A DNA stretch of 35,476 nucleotides, taken from Dehalococcoidia bacterium. GTDB lineage: Bacteria; Chloroflexota; Dehalococcoidia; DSTF01; JACRBR01. Numbering within the stretch: the first letter of the stretch is position 1; the number at the start of each line of letters is the position of its first letter. The notes under the pieces were generated by a model that worked only from the letters and a program-made list of their open reading frames with translations, was not told where the DNA came from and did not search any database. The stretch lies in assembly GCA_041494685.1 (NCBI GenBank), contig JBGQBE010000031.1, positions 1 through 35,476 on the forward strand, in the 5' to 3' direction. Below, in pieces: positions 7,673-15,983 of this stretch. Made by a program: the position numbers and the translations under genes.

Positions 7673-8610
7673 GTCTTCGCCCCCTTCGCTCGCTGCACCC
7701 AGGGCCACACGGTCGCCATGCGTCCCTTCTTCGCTGAATCCCGCCCGACGAACTCGCCGTGGCCGGGGACGTAATAGACGCGCGGCTTCGTGCCCAGGTC
7801 TTCCTTGAGGTTGTAGGCCTCGTGCTCCGAGAGGAACCGGCTGACGGACACGATATCCTTGCCGTTGGTGGCGACGTCCTGCTCGAGGTCGCCGTAGTAG
7901 ATCGCCTTGTTCGGGCACCCCTGAGCGCAGTACGGCAACGTGCCGGCCCGCGCCATGTCGGGGCAGAAGTCGCACTTCATCACGGTGCCCCTCTTCGCCG
8001 GCGTCTGGTGCTCGATGTCGTAGTGCGCGAGCATCGCTTCCGGCGGAATCGGCGCGTCGCCCCAGTTGAAGAAGCGTCGGTCGTAGGGGCACGCCGCCAT
8101 GCAGATGCGACAGCCGATGCAGCGGTTCTGGTCGATCAGGATGCTGCCTTCCGGCGTCGCGAAGGTCGCGCCGACGGGGCAGACGTTGGTGCACGGCGGG
8201 TTCTGGCACTGCTGGCACGGCGCCGGGATGAACTGCGTCCCGCCGCCATGCAGCGGTGCCTCGAAGACCTCGATCCACTGCATCGGCTCCGGGGCGAAGT
8301 GCCCTTCGATGCAGGCGGTCGTGCACTGCGGCGGCTTGCCGACACTCTGGCAGCCGTCACAGTAGCGCAGGTCGATGATCATCGTCCAGCGGCGCACACG
8401 GCCGTTCGGCGCGAGCGCCGGGTCGTAGTCGGCGCGGACGGGGCCCTTGCGGGGCGCGAGCACCGAGCTCAGCACATTCGGCAGAAGCGGGAGCGGTGCC
8501 ACGCTCAGCGCACCCAGCCCGAAGAGCTTGAGCATGCGCCGGCGGCCCACCTTGCCGTCCGGTTGTCCGGTCTGCTCCTGTGCCAGCGAGAGGTCCTGAT
8601 TCGTCTCCAT
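7660..8610 (-). CDS. TAT-exported four-cluster [4Fe-4S] protein (NrfC/DmsB/DsrO-like)
   Basis: GRRRMLKLF twin-arginine signal; 16 Cys in four groups (CDGC-x8-CTTAC, CQQC-x4-CTNVCP, CIGCRICMAACP, CDFC-x11-CAQGCP); LGTKPRVYY. Confidence 0.92.
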   Translation of the reverse strand: METNQDLSLAQEQTGQPDGKVGRRRMLKLFGLGALSVAPLPLLPNVLSSVLAPRKGPVRADYDPALAPNGRVRRWTMIIDLRYCDGCQSVGKPPQCTTACIEGHFAPEPMQWIEVFEAPLHGGGTQFIPAPCQQCQNPPCTNVCPVGATFATPEGSILIDQNRCIGCRICMAACPYDRRFFNWGDAPIPPEAMLAHYDIEHQTPAKRGTVMKCDFCPDMARAGTLPYCAQGCPNKAIYYGDLEQDVATNGKDIVSVSRFLSEHEAYNLKEDLGTKPRVYYVPGHGEFVGRDSAKKGRMATVWPWVQRAKGAKTWKR

Positions 8611-8798
8611 GACCGCTCCGATCCGTCCGTGGCTCCGGGTCTAGAGCCACCTACAGGATCGGTGAACGGGCCAAACGTGGCATCGGAGCATGCGGCAGAT
8701 TCGGCCGGTGCGATATACGCATGGCGGGCAGGGGTGAATTGCGCGAAATACCTACCCGCCCTGCCGGGCTGCCCGATGAAGGCGGTCGCGCCAGCCCG

Positions 8799-8804
8799 TA
8801 GAAT
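8799..8804 (+). promoter_or_regulatory. -10 box TAGAAT of a short-leader response regulator transcript
   Basis: TAGAAT 9 nt upstream of ATG 8814; no SD. Confidence 0.5.
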
Positions 8805-8813
8805 GCCAGCACG

Positions 8814-9518
8814 ATGCAAGACACAGCGCAACCAGAACGCATCCGCATCATCATCGCCGAGGACCACGCGGTGGTCCGTGAAGGGACGCGCCAGCTGCTG
8901 GAACGCGAACCTGACCTGGAGGTGGTGGGCGAGGCGGCAGACGGCGCACAGGCGGTAGCCCTTGTCGAGCAGTTCCGCCCGGACGTCGCCATCATGGACA
9001 TCTCGATGCCGGTGATGACCGGCATCGAGGCCACGAAGCGGATCAAGGCCAGCCACCCGGCGACCGCCATCCTGATCCTCTCGGCGTACGACGACGACCA
9101 GTACGTCTTCGCGCTGCTCGCCGCCGGGGCTGCCGGCTACCTCCTGAAGGACGTGCCGTCCGCGGAACTGGTGCGCGCGGTACGGCTGGTGCACGCCGGC
9201 GAACCGGTGCTGCATCCGGCCATCGCCCGCAAAGTGCTCGCCCGGTTCGCAACACCGTCGGGGCAGCCGGCAGCCGCCCCACCGACAGGAGAGCCCGCGC
9301 GGCTGCTACTCACCGACCGGGAGCAGGAGGTCCTCCAGCTTGCCGCCTGCGGGCTGAGCAACGCCGAGATCTCGGCGCGGCTCTATCTCAGCATCAGGAC
9401 CGTGCAGGTGCACCTGACGCACATTTTCGGCAAGCTGGGCGTCGGATCGCGCACGGAAGCCGTGATCGCCGGCTTGCGAAGCGGCCTGCTCAAACTGGAG
9501 GACCTGGGTGAAGACTGA
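8814..9518 (+). CDS. NarL/FixJ-family response regulator (REC + LuxR HTH)
   Basis: AEDH, DVAIMDISMP, GYLLK; LTDREQEVL...SNAEIS...RTVQVHLTHIFGKLGV. Confidence 0.95.
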   Translation: MQDTAQPERIRIIIAEDHAVVREGTRQLLEREPDLEVVGEAADGAQAVALVEQFRPDVAIMDISMPVMTGIEATKRIKASHPATAILILSAYDDDQYVFALLAAGAAGYLLKDVPSAELVRAVRLVHAGEPVLHPAIARKVLARFATPSGQPAAAPPTGEPARLLLTDREQEVLQLAACGLSNAEISARLYLSIRTVQVHLTHIFGKLGVGSRTEAVIAGLRSGLLKLEDLGED

Positions 9519-11079
9519 GATGGAGCTCGCCGCGACCCGGTCGCCCGCGCAGCTCCCCGCCCGGCTCGCGCACGACATCATGGTGCCGATCCGCCGGCTG
9601 CCCGACCGCCTGCATGACGGCCGCTTCTGGCGGATCCAGTTGATGGTGTTCGCGGCGACGGCCCCGCACTACATCATCGAAACCGTCGGCTTCACGAATC
9701 CGTTCGAGACCTTCCACGGCCTGGCGATCACCCTCTATGTGATCCCGCTCCTCTACGCCGCCATCGCCTTCGGCTGGGAAGGCGCCATCCTCACTGCGGT
9801 CTGGATCGTGGTGCTCACGTCGCCCAGCATGTGGGTGTGGCACCGATCGTCGTACCACTGGCTGACCGAGGTCGGGCAGCTGGCGATTACGCTGCCCGCC
9901 GGCATCATGGTCGCCTGGCGCGTGGATCTCGAATCGAAGCAGCGCCAGCGCGCCGAGCAGACCAGCGCGAGCCTCGGCCTCCTCAACGAGATCGGCGAGC
10001 GGCTGAGCCACACCCTTGACGTCGAACAAGCGCTCCCGGGAGTCGTGGCGCTCCTGGTCAGCGAGCTGCCGGTCGACGCCGTCTGGCTGTGCCTGGAGCC
10101 GGAGTCCCCCGGCGGCGAGCGGAGGGTGATCCGGGAGATGCGGCATCCAGCCGCGGGGCGAGCGGACGTCGACGTAGACCGGCTGCACGAGATCGCGGCC
10201 GCGACGCGCGAGCCCGTGCGGCTCGGCGGACGCGTCGTCGCCGTGCCGCTTTCCGGCGAGGGCGGCATCCTCGGGTCGCTGGGTGCGGCCATGCCCGAGG
10301 GGTATGCATTTACCGATGACCAGGAGAAGCTGCTGGCGACCGTGGCCCATGAGATCCGCGTGGCCGTCGAGAACGGGCGGCTGTACCAGCAACGCCAGGA
10401 GAGCCTGCAAACGTACGCACGGCAGGTGACGCAAGCGCAGGAGGACGAGCGCCTGCGCATCTCTCGCGAACTGCACGACGAGACCGCGCAGGAACTGGTG
10501 CACATCGTGCGACGGATCGAGCGACTGGGCGAAGCCGCCCACGCCGACGTGCCAAAGCAGGTCGACGAACTGCTGACGCTGGCGCGCGGTACGCTGCAGT
10601 CCGTCCGGCGCTTCAGCCGCGATCTGCGGCCGTCGGTCCTCGACGACCTGGGCCTGGTGCCGGCGATCGAGCTGGCGGTAGAGGCGACGAACACGCGGCT
10701 GCCCGGCGGCGCGAAGCTCGACGTGACAGGGGAGCCGCGGCGGCTTGGACCGGCGGTGGAACTGGCGCTGTTTCGGATCGCGCAGGAGGCCCTGCACAAC
10801 GTCGAAAAGCACGCCGAGGCCACGTCGGCGTCCGTACAGCTCGCGTTCGAGCAGGGCGCGGTCCGGCTCGACGTCACGGACGACGGCCGCGGCTGCGAGC
10901 TGCCGCAGCACGTCTCTCAGCTGGCGCGCAAGGGGAAGCTCGGCGTCCTCGGCATGAAGGAGCGCGCGGAACTGGTCGGCGGGTCGTTCGACTTCAGCTC
11001 CATACCGGGTCAGGGCAGCCGGGTCAGCGTCGTGGTGACGCAGGACGAGGCTGAAGACGCGCGGATCCCCATGCGCTGA
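9508..11079 (+). CDS. Membrane sensor histidine kinase (TM domain + GAF + HisKA_3 + HATPase)
   Basis: About 4 N-terminal TMs; ELHDETAQ H-box; LRPSVLDDLGL; QEALHNVEKH; DDGRG; GMKERAELVGG. Start GTG 9508 or ATG 9520. Confidence 0.92.
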   Translation: MKTEMELAATRSPAQLPARLAHDIMVPIRRLPDRLHDGRFWRIQLMVFAATAPHYIIETVGFTNPFETFHGLAITLYVIPLLYAAIAFGWEGAILTAVWIVVLTSPSMWVWHRSSYHWLTEVGQLAITLPAGIMVAWRVDLESKQRQRAEQTSASLGLLNEIGERLSHTLDVEQALPGVVALLVSELPVDAVWLCLEPESPGGERRVIREMRHPAAGRADVDVDRLHEIAAATREPVRLGGRVVAVPLSGEGGILGSLGAAMPEGYAFTDDQEKLLATVAHEIRVAVENGRLYQQRQESLQTYARQVTQAQEDERLRISRELHDETAQELVHIVRRIERLGEAAHADVPKQVDELLTLARGTLQSVRRFSRDLRPSVLDDLGLVPAIELAVEATNTRLPGGAKLDVTGEPRRLGPAVELALFRIAQEALHNVEKHAEATSASVQLAFEQGAVRLDVTDDGRGCELPQHVSQLARKGKLGVLGMKERAELVGGSFDFSSIPGQGSRVSVVVTQDEAEDARIPMR

Positions 11080-11221
11080 TCCCGTCCTCCACGCGACGGA
11101 ACCCGCATGCGTCCCGAGTTCCTGACATCTCGCAGCGGCGTTCGGAGCCGGATGGCCCTGTGAGCGTACGCGGCGCCACGACTACGCTGTGAAGAGGCAG
11201 TACGGGTGCGTGGAGGTACGT

Positions 11222-11710
11222 ATGAGGATCGCACTCGTGTTCGCAGCGGTCGTCGCGACTGCGGCGCTGACGGCCGGCATCGCATGCGGCGGCGACAGCA
11301 AGAGCGCCGCGCCAACGGCCGCGCCAACGGCGGTGCCGACCGGCGGCGGATATCCCGACAAGCTGCAGCTCACCGACAGCGACAACGGCAGGACCGTGCA
11401 GCTCGCGCGGGGCGGCCAGGTGATCGTGACGCTCGAAAGCAATCCATCCACCGGCTTCAGCTGGTATGTCGCCGGCATGGCCGGACCGGAGCTTGAGTTG
11501 GCCGGCGAGCCCCGATACGTGCCGCCTGTTTCGGCGACACCTGTTACAGGAGCGAGCGGCGCGCAGGTCTTCACGTTCCGCGCGACCGGCGTGGGGATGC
11601 CACCCGCCGGCACGCCGGCCGTCGTCCAGGTGGAGATCGACTACAAGCGGAGCTTCGAGCCGGACGTGCCGCCCGAGAAGAGCTTCCGATTCACCGTCGA
11701 GATCAGGTGA
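11222..11710 (+). CDS. Chagasin-like I42 cysteine protease inhibitor lipoprotein
   Basis: Lipobox GIAC; hallmark ESNPSTGFSW, GASG, YKRSFE; SD GGAGG. Confidence 0.85.
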   Translation: MRIALVFAAVVATAALTAGIACGGDSKSAAPTAAPTAVPTGGGYPDKLQLTDSDNGRTVQLARGGQVIVTLESNPSTGFSWYVAGMAGPELELAGEPRYVPPVSATPVTGASGAQVFTFRATGVGMPPAGTPAVVQVEIDYKRSFEPDVPPEKSFRFTVEIR

Positions 11711-11825
11711 GCGGCAGTGTCCGTCAGCGGCGGCTCCAGCGCCGGGCGACGAGCCAGCCTCCCGCCGCCCGGAGGATGTTTCATCCGAATCGCTAGCAGG
11801 TGCTTCGGCCGGCCGCGACGGAGCG

Positions 11826-13211
11826 CTACTGGGGCAGCACGATGAGGTGCGAGCCTGCTGCCAGCGCGCCCGCGACGGTCTGGAATATGCTGGTCAGCTG
11901 CGATGTCTTGGGAAGGCAGAAGAAGTGGTCCCCATCGGTGTTCTCCGCACTCGTGCAGCCGTTGTCGACCGACGTCGTCGCCATGTCCGCGAGGAGCGTC
12001 GTGGCGGGCTTGTTCTTGTACGTACCCGACGAATCGGGACACACGTCGGTGCCGGCCAGGCCAAAGCCGATCGTAAAGATCTCGATGCCCGCGGTCTTGG
12101 ACGTCTGCGCCTCGTTGAAGGCCGCTTGACACGTGAAGTCGCTCGCTGTGCCGGCACTGCTGAAGTTCGGGGTGCCGTCCGTCTCCAGGATGATCCCCTT
12201 CTTTGCGCCCGCGCGGCCGTTGGCGAGCAGATACTGCCTGGCCATCTTGACCGGCGTTGAGAGATTCGTACCGGTGCCGGACGTGTTGAAGCAGTTGATC
12301 GCCTTCACCAGCGTACTGCTGGTGTTGAGCGTCCCGTTCGCGTTCAGGTAGGCCTCGTTGACGGGCGCGCCCGTACCGCTCAATCCCACGGGGACCCACT
12401 TCGAGACGGTCGTCGTGTCGTACTGACCGCTGCTCGCGGCGAGGCCAAACGCGCCGGAGTTCGCGCCGGTGCACGACGATGTAGTCTGGCTGGGCCCGAG
12501 CAGCCCGAGCGCGATCCACTGGAGCTTCGGGTCCCACGTCTGCAGGATGGCGTTGCCGGCGGCCCGCGCGTTCGTCAGGTCCGTGCTACTCATGCTTCCG
12601 GTGCGGTCCATGATGAGCACGGCATCGACGAGCCCGCTCGGCGGTCCGCCGCACGAGCCTCTACACGCAGCACTGGTGACGCTCCCGGTGCTGCCCTGCT
12701 TGATGCCGACAGCCGGCGCGAGCAGGTAGTTCACGGTGTTGCTGGCGCTCACGACGATGACGTTGCACTTGTCTCCATTCGCCGGGACGCACGGGCTCAC
12801 GGCGAGGCCGTTCTTCACGAACCAGCTGGCATCGGCTTTCGGATCGCACGACGCCGGTATGTCGGCGGCATCGGGGATGCCGTCGCCGTTCCGGTCTCCG
12901 ACGAGGCAGCGGAAGCTCACGCTCACCTTGGCGGCCGTCAGCGCCTTGTCGTTCGACAGCGTGTACTGGAGCGCAACCGACGCGGCGTTCACGGTGTCAT
13001 CGGGCAGCAACTGGGCGCCGGCCAGCGCGCCCGCGTCGACCGCGCCCTGGACGCTCTGGCGCTCGTGGATCATGAAACCCAGGTCAACGGCGAGCGCCCC
13101 CATCCCGAGGACGATCGTCAGCACCAAGGCTGCCAGCACCAGCATCTGGCCTCGTTCGTGCGACGGCGAGGACGGCTCGCCACGGCGTCGGATGCGCATC
13201 ATCATGCCCAC
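11826..13211 (-). CDS. TadG-like pseudopilin with vWA domain
   Basis: ERGQ prepilin site + hydrophobic helix, DAGALAGA Tad motif, MIDAS-like DRTGS, GTN, ETDG, IFTIGFG; Cys-rich. Confidence 0.82.
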   Translation of the reverse strand: MGMMMRIRRRGEPSSPSHERGQMLVLAALVLTIVLGMGALAVDLGFMIHERQSVQGAVDAGALAGAQLLPDDTVNAASVALQYTLSNDKALTAAKVSVSFRCLVGDRNGDGIPDAADIPASCDPKADASWFVKNGLAVSPCVPANGDKCNVIVVSASNTVNYLLAPAVGIKQGSTGSVTSAACRGSCGGPPSGLVDAVLIMDRTGSMSSTDLTNARAAGNAILQTWDPKLQWIALGLLGPSQTTSSCTGANSGAFGLAASSGQYDTTTVSKWVPVGLSGTGAPVNEAYLNANGTLNTSSTLVKAINCFNTSGTGTNLSTPVKMARQYLLANGRAGAKKGIILETDGTPNFSSAGTASDFTCQAAFNEAQTSKTAGIEIFTIGFGLAGTDVCPDSSGTYKNKPATTLLADMATTSVDNGCTSAENTDGDHFFCLPKTSQLTSIFQTVAGALAAGSHLIVLPQ

Positions 13212-13212
13212 C

Positions 13213-13635
13213 TTACTCGTGCCTCATCGTCGACGTGGACGTCATCGTGATCGGCCCGCTCAACAGGTGGACGAAATTCCCCAGCGGCGTGACGAAGGTG
13301 TAGGTGTAGGTGACGGTCACCGCCATCGCGTCCCCGGAGCTGCCCTGGCAGGTCGAGGGAGTGATGGTCACCGTCACTGGCGGGGTCAGCCCGTGCGCCA
13401 CGGCCTGCGCCTGGTTCGTCACCTGCGTGCACGACTGCCCCAGGGCGAGGACGCGGGCACCCTCGCGCGAGGCGTTGGTCACGGTCAGCCACGCCTTCAG
13501 GCCAAGGCTGAAATCAATAATGCCGAACAGGAGAATGAGAAAGACGGGCATGACCAACGCAAACTCGGCCAGGCTCTGGCCGCGTTGGGACGCATGTCGC
13601 CGTCCCTTCCGAAGTAGTCGCGCTGCGCCAACCAT
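13213..13635 (-). CDS. TadE-like pseudopilin
   Basis: RGQSLAEFALVMPVFLILLFGIIDF...NASREGAR; SD GAGGAG. Confidence 0.9.
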   Translation of the reverse strand: MVGAARLLRKGRRHASQRGQSLAEFALVMPVFLILLFGIIDFSLGLKAWLTVTNASREGARVLALGQSCTQVTNQAQAVAHGLTPPVTVTITPSTCQGSSGDAMAVTVTYTYTFVTPLGNFVHLLSGPITMTSTSTMRHE

Positions 13636-13758
13636 GGCGTTCTGACTCCTCGCGCACCTCCCGGGGCCCTGTCTTGGGGCGACGACCGGCCCGTGACACG
13701 CGCCGTCGTCCTCCGGTGGGGGTGCCTAGTGCGGAGCATGCTCCGACCCTCTCCCTAT

Positions 13759-13784
13759 ATATCGGCCAGCAGTGACGGATCTGG
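13759..13784 (-). promoter_or_regulatory. Putative sigma-28 (FliA/WhiG)-type promoter for tadE-tadG
   Basis: Minus strand CCAGATC-N11-GCCGATAT; -10 matches the GCCGATAA consensus, -35 is weak. Confidence 0.45.
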
Positions 13785-14075
13785 TGGCCTATAGCGACGT
13801 TTTTCGAAGCAGCCTGTGCGAGGAATAAGCGAGTCTGCTGGCAGGCCGAAAGGCTCACCCGACGGTCCGCTGCGCCGCCCGAACCGGGGTGTTCGTGACC
13901 TGCGGCGAACAGGTCAACGCTTTGCTCCACTGACCTTTCGTCGTCCAAAGTGAGTCCCAGAACCGCACCCTGGTGGCATCCATCCAACCGCGGCGCGATG
14001 CTCCTGCTCCTCGCACCTCCCGCCCTCACACGCGCGCTGTCACGTCACCCCCGCGGGCGGTAACCTGCCCCACGC

Positions 14076-14927
14076 ATGAACCTCGACGCCCTGCCCTACA
14101 CGTCGTACATCGTCCTGATGGAGTTCTCGGTCGGCTGCATGATGGTGTGCCTGTTGGCGCAGGCGCGCGGCCGCGTCGCCGCCAGCTTCATCAAGCTGTG
14201 CGCGGCGATGGCGGCGTGCGGCGCGGCAGTAATGCTGCTGAACCTGATGGTGCTCGATCCGAAGTCCATCATCGGCGGCTACCGGCTGGACGCCGGCGTC
14301 TACGGCGCCGTGCGCGCCGCCTCGGTCGTCTTCTTCCTGGCGACGCTGCCGTACAACTGGGCGGCGCTGAAGGAAGACCGTCACCTCTCGATGATCACGG
14401 GCGCGGGCGCCTGCATCGTGGGCGCGGCGCTGGTGGCGATCGTGGCCTGGTACGTGAGCCTGCCGGCGTGGAGCTACGCGGGGACGCTGCTGGCGCTGGG
14501 CTCGGGCACGCTGGCGGTGGGCGCGGTGGTGCTGGCGATGACGCTGGGGCACTGGTACCTCGTGACGCCGCGACTGCCACGCGAGCCGCTGGTGGAGCTG
14601 ACGCTGCTGCTGGTCGGCGCGGTGCTGCTGCAGATCGCGCTGCTGATCCTGAACGTCGCGATCCCGGCGCGCGAGGTGCCGGAGGCGACGGCGTTCCTCG
14701 GATCGACGACGCTGGGCGCGAACCCGGCCTTCTGGCTGCGCATCGCGATCGGGCTGCTGTTCCCGGCGGCGCTCGGCTACATGTCCTACGTCTCCAGCCG
14801 CGGCTACCCCGCGAACGAGAACGCCATGATGTCCGCGACCGGCCTGCTGTACATCGCCGTCGGCGCGGTGCTGGTGGGCGAGGTGCTGGCGCGCGGGCTG
14901 ATGTTCCTGACCGGCGTCCCGGTCTGA
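14076..14927 (+). CDS. Polytopic membrane protein (about 8 TM) with LGHWYL motif, DmsC-anchor-like C-terminus
   Basis: Hydrophobic throughout; AMTLGHWYL; MSATGLLY...GEVLARGL. Confidence 0.7.
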   Translation: MNLDALPYTSYIVLMEFSVGCMMVCLLAQARGRVAASFIKLCAAMAACGAAVMLLNLMVLDPKSIIGGYRLDAGVYGAVRAASVVFFLATLPYNWAALKEDRHLSMITGAGACIVGAALVAIVAWYVSLPAWSYAGTLLALGSGTLAVGAVVLAMTLGHWYLVTPRLPREPLVELTLLLVGAVLLQIALLILNVAIPAREVPEATAFLGSTTLGANPAFWLRIAIGLLFPAALGYMSYVSSRGYPANENAMMSATGLLYIAVGAVLVGEVLARGLMFLTGVPV

Positions 14928-14937
14928 GGGTGCGACG

Positions 14938-15504
14938 ATGCGACTCGTCTACCTGATCCGCCACGCCTCCCCCGCCGTGCAGCCGCGGGCGCCCGCCGAC
15001 GAGTGGCTGCTGTCCGAGCGCGGCATCGACGAGGCGCGGGCGCTGGGCGCGATCGCGGCCGGCTGGGGGCTGCGCGCCGTGTACAGCAGCACCGAGCCGA
15101 AGGCGCTGAGCACGGCGGCGCTGATCGCCGACGCGACGGACCTCACGGTGCACGCCGTCGAGGGCTTCGAGGAGCTGCGCCTCTCCGGTGGCTGGATCGG
15201 CAACGCGGACGCTTTCTCGGACACGGTGCGGGCGGTGCTGGAGCAGCCGGAGCTGTCGCTGCGCGGCTCCGAGACGGCGGCAGCAGCGGCGGCGCGGTTC
15301 GCCGCCGGGATGGGCATCGTCGAGGCGGGGCCGTTCCCGACAGCGGTCGTGAGCCACGGGCGGATCATCGTGGCGTACCTGGCGCAGCGCCTCGGCGTCG
15401 AGGAGCCGTTCGCGCTCTGGCGCTCGATCGGGACGCCGGGGTGGGTGGCGCTGGACCTGGACGGTCCGAAGCTGCTGGGCAGCTTCGAAGGGCTGCCGGC
15501 GTAG
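14938..15504 (+). CDS. Histidine phosphatase / phosphoglycerate mutase family protein
   Basis: LIRHA, LSERG, VVSHG motifs. Confidence 0.85.
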   Translation: MRLVYLIRHASPAVQPRAPADEWLLSERGIDEARALGAIAAGWGLRAVYSSTEPKALSTAALIADATDLTVHAVEGFEELRLSGGWIGNADAFSDTVRAVLEQPELSLRGSETAAAAAARFAAGMGIVEAGPFPTAVVSHGRIIVAYLAQRLGVEEPFALWRSIGTPGWVALDLDGPKLLGSFEGLPA

Positions 15505-15513
15505 GTTCGATTC

Positions 15514-15542
15514 TTGCGAGAGGGGCGTTCGGCCGCTATCCT
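15514..15542 (+). promoter_or_regulatory. Sigma-70-type promoter of rplS
   Basis: TTGCGA-N17-TATCCT, 9 nt before ATG 15552. Confidence 0.6.
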
Positions 15543-15551
15543 GCCCCAGTT

Positions 15552-15896
15552 ATGGACGTATCCAACCTGGTCGAACTCATAGAGAATCCCGCGATCGAGG
15601 CATTCGGCCCCGGCGACACCGTCAAGGTGAGCGCGAAGGTGGTCGAAGGCGAGCGCGAACGCACGCAGGTCTTCGAAGGCGTGGTCATCCGGCGCAACAA
15701 CGGCGGCGGCGGCGCGAACTTCACGGTCCGGCGGGTCGCCCACGGCGTCGGCGTCGAGCGCTCGTTCAACATCCACTCCCCGCGCCTGGAGAAGGTGCAG
15801 GTTGTGCGCCAGGGCAAGGTGCGCCGCTCGCGGCTGTACTACCTGCGCGGGCTGACAGGCAAGGCCGCCCGCATCAAGGAGAAGGCGCGGGTCTAA
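15552..15896 (+). CDS. rplS: 50S ribosomal protein L19
   Basis: PGDTVKV...[15 protein letters not shown]...FTVRR..GVGVER...[23 protein letters not shown]. Confidence 0.97.
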   Translation: MDVSNLVELIENPAIEAFGPGDTVKVSAKVVEGERERTQVFEGVVIRRNNGGGGANFTVRRVAHGVGVERSFNIHSPRLEKVQVVRQGKVRRSRLYYLRGLTGKAARIKEKARV

Positions 15897-15919
15897 CCGC
15901 ACTTCACGCATGTATCATC

Positions 15920-15953
15920 GGGAAGACAGGACAACTGCCTTCCCTTTTTGTTT
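15920..15953 (+). terminator. Rho-independent terminator after rplS
   Basis: GGGAAGaCAG-gacaa-CTGcCTTCCC followed by TTTTTGTTT. Confidence 0.8.
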
Positions 15954-15983
15954 GTCCGAAGGGACCGCCGTTTGACCAGCGCC

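Noticed and set aside
7673..8326. Apparent N-terminal extension making the NrfD ORF 670 aa
   Set aside because: Out-of-frame overlap with the Fe-S gene; NrfD similarity starts at MEAIG (7672).
13636..14075. c-di-GMP riboswitch or ncRNA upstream of the tad genes
   Set aside because: Small hairpins are present, but I could not find the GCAAA/GAAA/GCAAAGC class I pattern on the minus strand; an Rfam scan is needed.
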